The notes under the pieces were generated by a model, which was not told where the DNA came from, made no database searches, and saw nothing but the letters and a program-made list of their open reading frames with translations. 64,000 nt of DNA from Paramecium tetraurelia (taxonomy: Eukaryota): NCBI GenBank assembly GCA_000165425.1, contig CT868048.1, positions 124,001 to 188,000 on the forward strand, given 5' to 3'. Position numbers and translations under genes: made by a program. This document shows, piece after piece, positions 26,631 to 41,424 of this stretch. Within the stretch, counting starts at the first letter, position 1. Each line of letters starts with the position of its first letter.

Positions 26631-29600
26631 TCAGCTACTACTTGAGCTTACTGTAAATGTTATGACTCTTCCTTATTTAAAGTGGCTAGAAGATCTATTA
26701 TTCTTAGCACTGTTTAGATTATTCAAAGAAGTAGTGTTCTCAAATCCTAATCTTCGTTTTCCTTAAAGGAATATGTTTTGTTCCTCTTCTGGTTCTTACC
26801 TTTGAATGAGCAATCCAATTCTATCAATCAGTTTTTTGATTACAGCATATTCGTGAATCAAGAAGTTCATATGCTACTTTACATCTATAATCAATTAAAA
26901 CAATATCAGTGAGGATGTTGAGGCTATAACAAACCATCCTAAATTAAGTTTTCCATTCTCCTCCAATTGATTTGTTTGTTGATTAATAGCAAAACCCAAT
27001 ATGAACATTTCAGCCAACCAAATTATCAATTCAGAACCTACTTGTTTGATCAATTCATCCTTATCATCCAGAGGTTTCACTTTGATCAAGTAAGCAGCCA
27101 TCCCCATGTTTAACATAGACACTAATCCAATCTGAATGCAAGGAATCGTATAAAATAACACTAGAAACATCATAAATAGCATTTTCTTAATCAATATGAT
27201 GATGTTGAAATAATACGTGAATGGATTCTTCTCCAATTTAACGCCTTCATAAATTGCTCCTAAATTATTTTGTATCACTTTCTATTTGAAAACATAATCT
27301 GGTTTCGACATGAACAATATTGATGAATAAATGAATCCCAGTTCTAACAACAGTGCAATTGTGCAAAACACAAAACTCGAAAATAAGATTTGATCTCTCA
27401 AATACACATCCTTTAATTACAGAAACAACGCAAGATTATAATCAAAGGCTACAGCCATAAATGTTCGAATCACACCAGACATAAATTCCTAATTGATTTT
27501 TAATAGGGATTGTTATAAATTCCTTGTGATTCTATAGATGAAGAACGTACAAACACTTTGTTCCTATGAATCAATGGGAGCATAAATAAAGGAATGCGAG
27601 ATCTTCGTCAAAGTTGAAAAAAGCATCCTACATGCTATAAAGGTGACCAAGGTTGTTATGAATACAGTCAAAACAGTAATGATGTTCACATAAAAGACAG
27701 TGGAGTACCCTTCATTTCTAAACTTTGGATCTGCATCTGGTGTATTCACATATTAACTAATGTATTATTCCAAATCAATATATTGTTTTAAAAAGTCGAA
27801 TTGAGCAAATCCAAATATAGTAAAGTAATTTTTAACATTATATGGGTATTCAACATTCAAAAATTATAAGTAAGATACTAATTGCAAGACATCCAGAAGG
27901 TTCCAAAATATGTTAAGTCCACCAAACAAGAATGCCAAAATAGCGAATCCAAGGAGCAAGTATAAAATGTACCTACTCAATTTAATCAAACCATCAGTGG
28001 CACTCTCTGTTGAATTAGAGGGAGTTTGAAATTCCAAGAGTGATGTAACATAATTTTTGTGTTCAAAGGAGTTACCTTATTAATTTTTGATGGCATCTTG
28101 ATTTATTATCTGACAAATTAATTATGGATTGGAGACTACTGATTGCAATTGAATATTTAATTCAAGAAATAAATGACTGTACTGATCAGAGTATTATGTT
28201 AAGTCTACAAAGGTGATGTCATATTGATTTAAATTATTGATTTTGAATTTCATTATGGAATTGATACTTCCAGATATCGATACTAATTGATCAGTCTTAA
28301 TCCTCACAGTTCTTTATGAATTGTACTTTACATCTTAAGGATTTAATTCAAATAGAATAGATGGGTAGAGGATCTTCTCGCATAAGGTCTAACATTGATA
28401 GCCATCTTCGACTTGACAGGAGTGATTACAACCATCATTGTTATCTACATTTCCATCATCACATTGTTCATTTTTGACTTTGATTCCATCTCCACAAATA
28501 TTTACACATTGATCTCCCTAGACCTGATATCCTTACTCTTGATTGCACATTACACATCCAGATCCATCAGATTAATAGACCATACAATCTGTACAATTGT
28601 CTGATCTATTAACGCAAGTCTTACAACTTGGATCACAAGGTAAGCATATGAATTCTTGAGTTAAATAGAATCCATCAATACAACCTGAACATCTCCCAGC
28701 ATCACAAGAAGTGCATGTATAATCTAAACAAAAAGAGTTACCATTTAAACACTTATAACAATTATCTCTGTAATTATTATTGCCATCATCACAGTCCTCA
28801 TTCCATTGTAATATGCCATCTCCACACTTTGAATAACAATAATGAGTAACTGGAGGATTGATATAATCTTAACAACTCAGACACTACTTGTCATTAGATT
28901 CATAATATCCTCTTCTACATTTGCAACTAAACTAAAGAGTATTATTTGTGATTTAAGGTTCCCTTGTACTAGGACATCTAGTACAGGATTGACTAGTGTT
29001 ATTAGAACATTCTAGACATGATAAATGACACTCTAAGATTTATAAATATAAGTGTACATCCACAAACATCAGATGATTGTTGAAAATATCCAGATTTACA
29101 TGTACATGTTGAATTGTTAATACTCATGATTCTATATTGATCATCATAGCATGATGTACAAGTGTGAGCATCGAAACAAGTTTTGCATGTGGATGGACAC
29201 TCTAATTAGTTAAGGAGTTATAAATACTTTGACAGATCAATTAACCAACATCATAATACCCATCCATACAAATACAAGTGTCATTCGTAGGTGTTCTATA
29301 GTGGGCAGGGTAACATTAACTACATTGATCTTTTGTAAAATTGCACTCGAGACATAGATCTGAACATTTAGAACATACTAAATCATTATCCTCTTGAAAA
29401 TAACCTGTTTGACATTCACAAGACGATGATTCTAATACTCTATTCTATCCTGGAATACAAGCTAAACAATCTCTAGCTCTGTCTTAACACTTTCTACATG
29501 TCGGATAACATATATAGCAACTGAAATTCTCCATATAATATCCATCTAGACATGTGCATTAATTGACATTCAACCATAAGTTTTTGGATTCATCACAAGA

Positions 29601-31854
29601 TAAACAATTCTTTGGATGCTTTGGACGTATTACACCAACATCTACTCTATCATTTAAGCAGGTCTGACAATTATGAAAGCAATTGCTTTGTGAACAATAT
29701 TCAACCACATCCTTTAGAATAGAACAATAACATATTTTATTTCTCAATTCATACCCAGCTTTACATGTTACACAATCTTAGTATCCAGTACAAGTACTGC
29801 ATCCAATATCACAAATAGTACACTCCCCATTAATATTCTTGTAATATCCAGACTTGCAACCATTAATGTCAGTACTTTATGTATTTATTGAATTCAAACA
29901 ATTTCCATTATCATCGCATTCTAAACAATAATCCTAACAAGTCCAGATGATGATTCTGTAATCATAGATCCCACAATATGCTTCACTGTCAATATTCCTA
30001 ATGCAATGTAATTGTACTGATAATTCATCAGTTGATTAGAATGATTTCGTATAACTAACACTCTAAATCACCTCAATCTCATTTTACCCAACTTAATTGC
30101 CCACTGAAATTCCACTACCAAACATAGAGTATGTCGAAATTTCAGTATTTACACTAGTTCTGAATTGTATTTGATTGTTCTTGGAATCAATGAATACTAA
30201 CATGAACTCTACTTTTATTCTATAGAATGGTTTCTTGTTTTTCAAACGATGAATAACCTATTCATTACTCCATATACCAAGTCCCCCTAAAATTATCTTG
30301 TTCATAAAGTAAGAGTACGATTTCATACTTAATTTGTTTGCGTAACTCTCCAAATAGTAAGGATTCAAATCATGAAACATATTAACCAAATACTCCTAAT
30401 TCAAATTCACCATCTAAGAATCCACACAAACATTACTAACCGCACTAGTATAATCTGGACATTGATCTATGCACATCCCTTTAAACAGATTCTTACTACT
30501 CCCACATGACAAACAGATATCTGGGGTTTTGAATTCACAAGTTAAGCAATTGTTTAAGCAATTCATTGAACTACTGGGTATTGAATATTTGTTCACTACG
30601 AAATCTCTGATACCCCATTTTCGCGAAGACTTATATAAAGCATATTTAGAGCTGAATTCGATTTCACTGACTGTTTCTGAAAGGTCAAACATTATGGAAA
30701 TTGAGTATGACTTACATGTCTAAAATTAAGCAGAATTACAAATTTCCTTAGGTAAAGCTCTATATCCCTGTTTGAAATAAGAGTACAAAAACGCTGTATG
30801 AAAATCATCTATCTTGGCTACTACAAACTTATTGAAGCTAATTAATATTTCCTCTGGAAACTAACTAGAAAATCTGCCTGTCATATACAATGTAAATTTC
30901 ATCTCATATTTTTCATTTGCAGGTAATAGAATGTCATTATATACAATTTTGTCTGTGTTTCCAAACATGCCAGCCACACTTTTGGTTCCAATTGTTTGTA
31001 CCATCAATTACACAGTACTATAATACTTATCAGGAATAAATTAGAATTTGTAAGTACCAAAATTATCTTATTCCAGATCCACATAGATATTTGTTATTGT
31101 TGCCAACTAGCAGATACCATTCTAATCAGGCACATGATTTATAGGACATTCATCAAGACATTATAGGTTTGGATTGAAATATGAAAATTTTGAAGTTGGA
31201 TTGCATCTGCATTATTATTATACTAATTCGTATCCCAATTTACATGTCAAACATTAATACTCATCACATTCTTCACATAGATCATCACAATAAAAAACTT
31301 ATAATACGAAATTTGTAATTCCATAATCACTGGTCGAACCACTTGTAACTTACTCATGAACAATTTCAATATTTAATTGAGGATCATTAAATGATATTAT
31401 TTAATCTATTCTTGAGATTTTCTCAGAAGTTGATTTTCCAAATGGTCTCTAGACACAATATCGCATTGGAAAGTCTTCTAATATATAGGTCTTTGGAGTT
31501 TCATAATGCACCAATAAACTGTTAGCGTATACTGTTATAGCCTCTGCAATATTCCATTAGCCCAAATAGTAGATATCAAAACTGATTCTAATTTTACTAA
31601 ATCCCCTGGTTGCAGACATTGAGATTATTCGAGTTAAGGACAGATCTCCTTGAAGTATTTTTGAATTCAGGGCTGGTTAAAGATCGCAAACTAGTAGCAA
31701 ATTGGATGAAGGAATGTTGTTGGAGTTCTTCCATAAGTAAAATGTTGAACTGTCCATCAATTCCGATATGTAAAGTTCCCAACCTAAAGATTGGATGATT
31801 ACTAATACCACAATGTATTTTCATAATAAAGACAGATAAAACTAGGAATTACAT
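26631..31854 (-). CDS. Large Cys-rich surface/membrane protein: signal peptide, furin-like CxxC repeats, CGDG..CDDGN (DUF4215-type) repeats, C-terminal multi-TM region
   Basis: MQFLVLSVFIMKIHCG; many CxxC..CxxC units; CGDGILQWNEDCDDGN and CGDGIKVKNEQCDDGN; FWNLLDVLQLVSYL; ORF-track 26895..27278 TM block. Confidence 0.88.
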
Positions 31855-32066
31855 CTAATTTGATTATGTTTTATATTTATAAATAAATCCATATTATATG
31901 AATGTGCAGAGATATACTAATATTATTTTGATAAATTCTGTTGCGAATATAATAATCAATGTCATCATCAAAAACCACAAATCAAGTTGTCTTCTCACTT
32001 TGTATCACCTAGATATTAATTATTTTATTTTTTAATTTTAAAATACTTCTTGAAATAATAATTTTA

Positions 32067-32993
32067 ATGATATTACCTCCATCAGATTAAATACTTCATT
32101 CAGTCCAATCGAAACAATGGTTCAATTCTCGATGTCAACCAAAAGCTAAAATGCAGTATTTGAAGTCATAACGTGAAATTATGAATGATAATGTAGTCAC
32201 TCATACATTTCGTTTAATCGATAAGGATTAATCAAGTAACAATACCTATTTTAATATGCAGAAACCCTTGAAATTGAGGAGTTGTACTCCATGTTTCTCA
32301 AGAATGGTTATCCAATCAACATCAATTTGCTTAGGGGCTTTTTTGAGAAAGCAGACAAAGATAATAACAGTACAAACATCTCTATTTTAATATAGAATCA
32401 ATTGAATTGGAAGAATTTAAACATGTGATGTATGATGAATAAGCCACGCAATGTAATTAGTCTTACTTATATAGCATTTAGAGAAATGATGAGAAAAATG
32501 AGAGAATAAGCCAAAGAATCCAATTATTATTCTACTGACTTTGTTAGATTGTTGAGATATCTCTCCTATTGTCAAGATAGAAATGCTCTGCAGTTCTAAA
32601 TTAATGTAAGTCTTCTTCTCTACCTAGAATCACAGACTAACAGTGGAAAAGAGATCAAAACTATTGTCTTAATTAATTTAGCTCAACCATCAATTCAATT
32701 AAGATTAACAAATTACTGATGAATAGTTACAAGTCAAACCATACAAGAAATAGACCACTGAAAAGAAAACATTACCACCTATAAATTAACATTATGTTGG
32801 CAATTCAAATCCCTCATCCATGATTCAATCCTAACTTAAATTGAACTTAAGTGATGTTCATAAGAATTCATCCTTATTCCTGCCACCTTATGTATCCCCT
32901 CAAAATACAGATAGAAATATCAAGTAACCCGGTCACAAATATCAAAGTTACCTTAGAATTAATAATAAAATATTTAGTAACAATAAAAAATGA
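32067..32993 (+). CDS. EF-hand calcium-binding protein
   Basis: FRLIDKDQSKTLEIEELYSMF and FEKADKDNNKSIELEEFKHVM; 4 tiny introns. Confidence 0.8.
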
Positions 32994-33083
32994 ATATCTT
33001 ATTGGCTTTACTTATTTTATATACTTTTAAAGATTTACACAAAATTCCAGCAGGTTTAAATTAAATAATTAAAATTATTAAAA

Positions 33084-34916
33084 TCAGATGTAGGGCTAAC
33101 AATAAAACTCTCCATCCTTATCTTCCTTGCATTTTAAGCACTTGTTATAAGATTCACAAATCAGACAACCGACAGAACATTTTTGACATCCATTACCATC
33201 TAAGTAGTAACCATCAAGACACTTTAATTTCTAATAGTCAAATTTCTAAATGTTCTTTTCATAAGCTTTGCAATCCTATTCAAATGGGCCAACGCATTGA
33301 AGACAAAGAGGAGAACACTAATTATATTTTAGATTCTTACTTTCATAGTCATAAAATAATAATTAGAGATTACACATCTACCATTACTCGAGATTTTACA
33401 TCCTAAGTTCATATTGAGGATGTTCTTGTTATGATAAAGAGTATGATCAATGTAAGACACATTCTTATGGGCAAGAGTGGTTTTTCCATCTATTGTGTAT
33501 GTAAAACAATCTGAATCCGAAGTAGAATTCTCGATTGATAAATTAAACATCAATCTAATCTAGTAATGTTTTCCAAGATTTAATTGTTTTGTAAATGTAG
33601 TCCTTCGCCAACCATCTTTTAATCCTCCTCCGATGAATGTAGTCCCGTTTTCATAACGAAAACTTATCTATTCCCTCATATCGAAAGTCTTCTAACCAAA
33701 AATAGATAATATGTCCTAAAATGGTGAATCTAATTTTATGAGAAAACTAACATCTAAAACTCATAACATAGATTACCTTGTTATTGTTCATCTATCTTTA
33801 TGCATTTGCTACCATTTCTAATTGTAAAATATGGACATTATTTAACACATTCATTTTCATATAAATATAAATCTTAACCGCATTAACTACATACTTAATT
33901 AAAAGAACACGATTCACATCCAATAATTGAGCAATCATAATATTTTATTTCTTTATCATATAGTTTAACGTCCTCAACATTCCAAAATCCTGAATTTTCA
34001 ACATTTTTTGAATAACTATATATAGTAATTTTATTTTATTCTTAGAATTCCATCTTAACTAAAACTTTCACTTATATGCAATCTAATTCAGACTTTTTCT
34101 CACACTGTTTATACGATTATGTATTATAATAAATGGGTAAAAACGGATATATTGTTTCAGGCTGAACATTTTCTTTGGATATCTTTAGAATTGATTGATT
34201 TTAATCCTTCTATTTCCCATAACAATTAAACTTAATCTCCATCCAACCTTCAAATTGCTATTCAAAATCAAAATACAATTCTTAACTATCTCCAAATCTC
34301 TTATTTGATCCAATATCATTGTTTACGGACTTTTAATTAATATCCAACTAATTTAAACCTTAAATATTTTTAATTATCTACTTTTCTTTATACATTCTCT
34401 GAACTCAGCTAAGTATCCTAAGGGGCATTCATCGACACATTCATTTTTATATCTTAATTTCTAACATTAATCAAATATTTCAAGATCACAATATCCAGAT
34501 AAGCAGTATCTGCAATTCTTAGGGCATTCCTAAATAAATATATTGAAGTTCCTTAATGTAAATTGGATCTCAGCATCAAAAATAAACTATATTCTTATAT
34601 CTGGAGCCTAATGATCAAATTCCATATGAAATTCCTTAAAATCTCTTTCTACAAAAAGAAAGTTTCTTCTAATTCCGTTTACCTTAATCAATATTTCAGC
34701 TTAACTCAAATTTACCTTAGCATCAAATATCATATGTAATTTCCTATATCCCTACACACCTTCATATTTAAATGAGTAGCTTCCATTAGACACAATCATA
34801 TAATCATCCTCTACGATCAAATTATTATTATTAATGGGCTCAATTATTTTTTTCAATGTTATAACATTCCAACAGTTAATCCATTGAATCAAAAAGAATA
34901 GAAATATCAATAACAT
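33084..34916 (-). CDS. Secreted/surface Cys-rich protein with furin-like repeats
   Basis: Signal peptide MLLIFLFFLIQWINC; CPKNCRYC, CVDECP, CSIIGCESC, CSPLCLQC, CQKCSVGCLICESYNKCLKC. Confidence 0.75.
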
Positions 34917-35584
34917 TTTTCAAAATATTATTTATTTAATGAAAATATCTTTTTCAAGAAGGGACTTAAATACATCTCATTTATTAAAACCAAACTTATT
35001 TATACATTTTATGCTCACATAAATAAAAAAGAAGAAAAAATTGCTTAATAAGAAATGGTAGCATCATAAATTCTATTCTTCGGATATCAATAACCCTTAT
35101 AATCTTTTCCAACTCTATTTTATCTAATTTTCATTCACTAAATTTTACAGATATGTATATACTTATATTTAATAATAATCTCCTATAAAAACATATTTCT
35201 ATATAATGTTCTTAGCAAATTAATTGAAAATATCCAAATGGTTTATTAAACATATACATAAATTAATATAAGCACAATATAGAATATGATAATTATTAAA
35301 TATATTTCAAGTTAATTATTATAAGAGAATACAAATAATAATTGTTTTATCTTGATCATAAATCAAAAATATGTTATATACTAGGCTAAAACAATGAACT
35401 CTCTATGTTAAGTAGGATTCTAATCGAAATTGATTTTAAGGAAAATTATAATTTTAATTTATTAATTATTATAATTTTTGATTATATTCTCACTATTGTT
35501 TTGATATTAAATTTTTGGATAGGAAGAATCGATAAATAGGGAATCTTGAAATAAAATTTGAAACAAATAAATAAAAATAGTAAT

Positions 35585-36792
35585 TCAGAAAAATCTTTGC
35601 TTATTATTATCTTCATTTATAAGAGACTTTAAATTTTTCATTTCCGAATCAAGTCTTACAATTACTTTATCTGACTAATTAGTATTTTATTATTAGTAGA
35701 AATCATTGTTTAATCTACCAAAAGACGAATTGAGTTATTTATCTTGCAATATATTCTATTATAAAAATATAATTTGTACTTATAGAGTACTTAACCTCAT
35801 TTCTCCACTTTAAATTTAATTATGAATTTGCAACTTCAATTAAGATATAATTTCTTAATAATGCTCATCTTTTTAATTAAGCTCTTATCTTTTTAATTTT
35901 TCACAATCTCTTAATTTTGAACTTAGAATGAATATTTCCTCTAAACTAAATGATTACAGTACCTTAATATTTTTTAATTTCCTATTCTCTTAGATTTATC
36001 GCATTTTAATCCATTAACTTCAGCTATTTCAATTTTTCAGATGCTAAATTTTGTTCTAATTAATTAATCTGCAATTTCTATTAATCTATTATTTTTTATT
36101 AATTGTCTAAGTTATGCTAGTAGAACTAAATTTATTCTTAAAGGCTCTAATTTTCTTACTCAAAGTTTTTTAATTCTAATTCAAGTCTCATGTTTTATTA
36201 AATATATTATTGATTTAAGGAAGAAGAATTAGCAAACATATTTTAAGATTAGTAATTGCTATTATTGGTTGTAGTAATTATGTCACGTTTTGTATGCTAT
36301 TTTGATTATTACTTTAATTCTTCTATCTAATTTTATAATGATCTTATTTCATTCTGCTATTGATCGATCTTATTTTGTAATTCGTTTTATTTTGCTTGTT
36401 CAGACCGTTTAGATGGACTAAATGTAATGTTCGAATTGTAATTATTGCCATTGCATTGCTAATTCAATTCTTATATCCGACTTTGATATTCCTAGATAAT
36501 TAACTCTGAACCTTTAGCTACTCTTGCCTTTAAAATAAATAATATTTACTCTGAGAGTTAATTGTTAATATTTAGATTTCCAGATTTACAATTCATTTTC
36601 CAATTTTTCATAAGATTATTTTCCCTAACAGAATTGTTCTAGCTCCATATATTTAAACTTCCAATACTCAACTTCCTTATTTACAAGTGTCTTCTCAACG
36701 TAATTATGGGTCACTTTTTTTTAAACTTGGTTAGGTGAAACGGATGTTTGTTATTTAACAGTTTTAGTCGGGGATTTACTAGAAAATTTCAT
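35585..36792 (-). CDS. Hypothetical coiled-coil protein
   Basis: MKFSSKSPTKTVKQQ...EVEYWKFKYMELE...ELQIWKSKYQQL; Q/E/K heptads; tiny introns. Confidence 0.7.
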
Positions 36793-36880
36793 TTATAAAT
36801 AATAAATTTATTGAAGTTTTATTGTTGGAATATTGCAATTCACAAATGAATAATTGTTTATTATAGTTAATAATAAAAAT

Positions 36881-38933
36881 TCAATTAATTTATCCTTTCC
36901 TTAGTGTTGAATTTTCTACTTTGTTCATGTATGAAACATTTCTTATTTCATTTAACCTAATAATAATATAGTGAAATATTTACTTTAAAGTTAATTGATG
37001 ATTCATGCTCTTTAAGTTATTAATTGTTGTTTCTAATTCTTAGATTCTGGTGTTATATTCAACCTTTAGCTTTTCTTCAATTTTATCATAATCTTATAAG
37101 AGTTTAACTGATTTTTCTCTGCTTTATCGTTCTCTATTAATAGCATCTTCCATCTATAATTAGAGATTCTTTATTTTATAAGTGTAGTCATCTTAAATCT
37201 ATTCTAATCTTGATTCATAATGTCTTTTTGTTTTTGCAAGTTCTTCTAATTGATTTTAGCATTATCTAGTTAGTGAATTTATTTTGCCTTTCTATGTCGA
37301 CAATTCTTAAGTTCGACTAGTTAATTCAGATCTAGTATGTTCTAGATTTTATTTGAGATCTGCATTATTATTTGTTAAAGTCTTAACATAGGAATCATGA
37401 GATTGCTTTGCTAAATTAAATTCAGCTTCTTGATCAGTTAATTTTTATTCAAGCAATGTATTTTTTTCTGTTAACTCACTAATTTATCGTTATAAATCAT
37501 CAGTTTATTAGTAATTGGTTTCAATGTCTTATTTTAATCCATTTTCCATACGAGTAATTTCTATTTTTAAACTCTTTATTTCTTTTGTTAATCTATCATT
37601 TAATGTAGTAATTTAATTTGCTTCTTCATTCAATCTATGTATTTCATCCTCTCTTTATTCTATAATTATTTTATATCTATTTTTTAAACTATCTGATTGT
37701 TTATCAAAGTTTTCTTTTAGATTGGTAATTTCTTCTCTATGTTTTGTCATTTAATTCTATAAAGTCTAATCAAACTATTATTCTTTTAATTGATATCTGT
37801 CTTTTTCCATAACAGCATTTTCCCTCTCTTCTTTTAATTATTTAGTTAAAATCTTATAATTTTCTTCTTTTTTTAATAAAATAGAGATTTTATTTTCGTA
37901 GTTATCCATCATTTTAATTGTTTATTCCAAATTGCTCTTACTCTAATCTAATTCTCTTTTTATTGCTCTGTTTTCATCTCTTAATTAATCAATTTCTCTT
38001 TCATTATGCACTTATTTATCAAATAACTCTCTTTCTTTTTTATGCATCTCTTCCAACTCTTTTGATAATTCTGTTTGACTTAATTAACCCTTATTTTGAA
38101 GATTAGCTATTTCTTATTTTAAGTTCTAATTCTAATGTTTCAACACTTTATTTTCATTTTCACTTTTACTGAACCTTTGAATATATTCTGTCTTTTCCTC
38201 CTCAGTAATAGCTACTAATTGGGTTTGATTTTAGAACTTATTCTCTAGTATATCTAATTTAATCCTTAAATCGTCAGATCCAATTTCTAAATTTTGGTTT
38301 AATTATTTTAAGTCCTATAATTAATTTAAATATTATTATTCGTTTCTAATCATCTAGTCATTTCTTAATTATAGATCCTATATCTGACTTTCATATTATT
38401 TTAATTTATTGACATAGATGCTGTTTTCCTCATTCAATAATCGAATTCTTTCTTCTAAGTCCTCTTTTTCTAATTCATTAAAAACATTTTTGATATTATT
38501 TGCACTTCCTCCACCTTGTTAATACAATCTAAGAAATTGCTCGTTCTTTTCCTATAACTATTTTCTGAGGAATGTGTTATCATCATTGACCATTTATATC
38601 CTAGCATCCATTGCAGCTAGATCATCCATTAATTTTTGAAGTATGACATCATAATTTTTAATATGATCTTCATAAACAATAAACAAAGGTGCTAAATAAG
38701 ACAAGTCTGTTTAATGATTGATGTCTTAATGAATTATATCAACTCGAGTAATTCCTAATCTCTTTAAACATTCATTAAGTTCCTTAGATAATCTTCCATC
38801 TATAGAAAATGTTAAATTATAATATACTTGCATTAACTTAGAAGGAAAGTTCTGACTTTAATGAGTTTATTTAATTTAACAGTTCTGCTTCTGTTTATTT
38901 TGGTTAAACCATTGACATTGGATGTCGTTACAT
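36881..38933 (-). CDS. Long coiled-coil protein, CEP89/CCDC123-like candidate
   Basis: DLSYLAPLFIVYEDHIKNYDVILQKL..RIQMVNDDNTFLRKQL resembles the LSPLLLAYE block of CEP89 as recalled; remainder coiled coil; 2 introns. Confidence 0.6.
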
Positions 38934-39036
38934 TTTGAAACTATTTGTTCTGTTATAAATAAAATTAAATTTATATATTAAAGTTTGTATATATAGTGTG
39001 ATAATTGTTTAAACTTTAATAATTTATAATTCATTC

Positions 39037-40709
39037 TCATTAAGACAAATCCTTTTTTTGATCATCATATGACCTTCTACTTACTTATTATTAATTTAAC
39101 AACCCATATTTTAAGCAGTAATAAAATTACATCTCCTCCTAACTATAATTTGTGTTTTTGTCAAAATTATTATAAAAATTTCCAATTTCATTTAATGTAG
39201 CCCTATCTAAAATAAATTCCTCAAAAGTCTTTATGCATTACGGACTTAAAGTGTTTTTATGAATTTTTCTTGAATAGATAAAATATTTACAAAATCTTTC
39301 TTAAATAATTGCAGATTTCATCTTTTATATTCAAAGGACCTTGAGTTCCAAATAAGTGTTAACTGGGAGGTTGGTTTACAATTACGTTTTAACCAGAGGG
39401 AGGTGGAAATGTGGGTTAAGGAGCTGGTTGATTTAGGCCTTAAGGTTGATTTAGGCCTTAAGGTCGATTTAGGCCTTAAGGTTGATTTGGAATAAAGGTT
39501 GAAGCAGTAAATTACATAGATTGTTAACCATTTTATTGAATGTTTTTTTAAAAAGGTTAAGGATTTAATGGAGTATTTTAAATGGTATTTGGGGTTGTTT
39601 GTTAATTACTTTAAGAAATCTGCTAACTTAACTAATTTGGATCGCAAGCTGGCTTAAAAATGATTGGCTTCTTAACTGGAATTCTCATCATTGTTAATCT
39701 ATTACATTCTTATTAAAGAGTATCAAATGTCAATCTATCTTATGGATTATAAACAATCATTCTTTCAATGAGATCTGCTAATTTTGGATTAATTGTTGCA
39801 TTAAGTTTAAATTTCTCTGTTTTAATCTTGGCCATAAATGATTTAATTCCGCTTGGAGTTGTCTCACATGGATAACCTCCCATTACCAATAAATGTAATA
39901 GTATGCCAAGCTAAATAAAGATTATATAAGTACAGAGTATATATCAACAACACTTTTCTATTTGTCTTTTTTCATTAGCCCAAATTTCGAATCTAGATCC
40001 TAATCTGAAACCAATGAATTTAATTCTGGTGATGCAAAAATAGGTGTTCCTACTTTTGTTAATTTAAAGTCATTTAATTTGTAAATTCTTCCTATACCAA
40101 AGTCAGCCAATCTATAGAACTTTTAATCACCAATATATTAGATTAGAATGTTTTCTGGCTTAATATCTCTGTGAATAACATTTTAATCGTACAAGGCTCT
40201 ATACCCATTCAAGAATTAACTTAGAAAATCTATAACCTCATATTCTTAGTAAACATTTATCGTTTTCCATTCCGTATCAAGATTAGATACACACTTTTCC
40301 ATGATCACAATAAGTTATGAGGCTTCTTTATCATGTTTTACATAATAAACTTAGACCAGATTTTGATTATCTTTATTTTTTTAAACAATTTCTGTTATTT
40401 GTTTTTCTCTACACATATCTTTCTCCAATTACTACTTATTATTATTTTCATTAAATATTTTAGTGACCTTATATTCAAATGAAAATATACCTTGGCACAT
40501 AATTTTAATTCGGGATTAAGTTTACTCTAGCATTCAAATACTCTACCATAACTACCTGATCCAATTACTTTTCTTGTATCTATCTCAAATTCCTTATTCT
40601 CCCCTACTTAATACATTTCTTTCTTATTTTATTTAATAGAATTTGATAATCAATAAATTTACCTTTTGATTGACTGAATCATGTTAAACTCATGGCTAGA
40701 TTACGCCAT
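39037..40709 (-). CDS. Ser/Thr protein kinase with P/Q/N-rich repeat tail
   Basis: IGSGSYGRV, LCAK, VIHRDIKPENIL, LADFGIGR, GTPIFASPE; NQPQGL repeats after the kinase domain. Confidence 0.88.
39426..39488. repeat. 18-bp coding minisatellite, 3.5 copies (NQPQGL on minus strand)
   Basis: ggttgatttaggccttaa x2, ggtcgatttaggccttaa, ggttgattt. Confidence 0.9.
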
Positions 40710-41424
40710 GTGTATATATAATACTATTTTTCGTTTCTATTATCATATTGATAGAATTTCGCATCCTTTAATGAGGGTCTATTATCCTAACTAATTCTAT
40801 TACCCTTTGGACACTCATAAAAACAATCCCCTCTTTATATTCAACCTGTTATCAATTTTCACTTGACCTTTCATTTGATTTTATTAGGGATAAGAATAAA
40901 ATATGAAAGCATGGTACTGATAATAATTTTGAAATCTATAATTTAAGTCTTTATTCATTGAGGTAGTAAAGAATTAAATCATAGTGAAAGAAATTTAATA
41001 ATTCAATAACCTGGTTTATCTTATTTGAGAAATTACTATATTCGAATCAAATATATCCATTTGATTGATAAATATTTGGATGTTTACCCAAAAGAATTCT
41101 TTTCTATTTTTTATGTTTAGTGGGTGGATTCTCTACTACTTTAATCGCTTCCTTAATCTAAGAGTGAATTACTTATTATTATAATAGATTTCCAATAATT
41201 AATTGATCATTGTGATGAATTGCAGATATTGATATGGAAATATATTTAAAAAAGAAACATTATTATTTTTAAATCTAGAATACTGATTTCAAAATTCGAA
41301 AAAGTGGGTTCTTTCAAAAGGTTGTGATTCTAGGGATATAAATAAATAAGGAATATTATTTCAGTCAGTTTAAAATAAATTTTATTGATTATATTTATAA
41401 AAATTTGTCAGTTAATCAATACAA

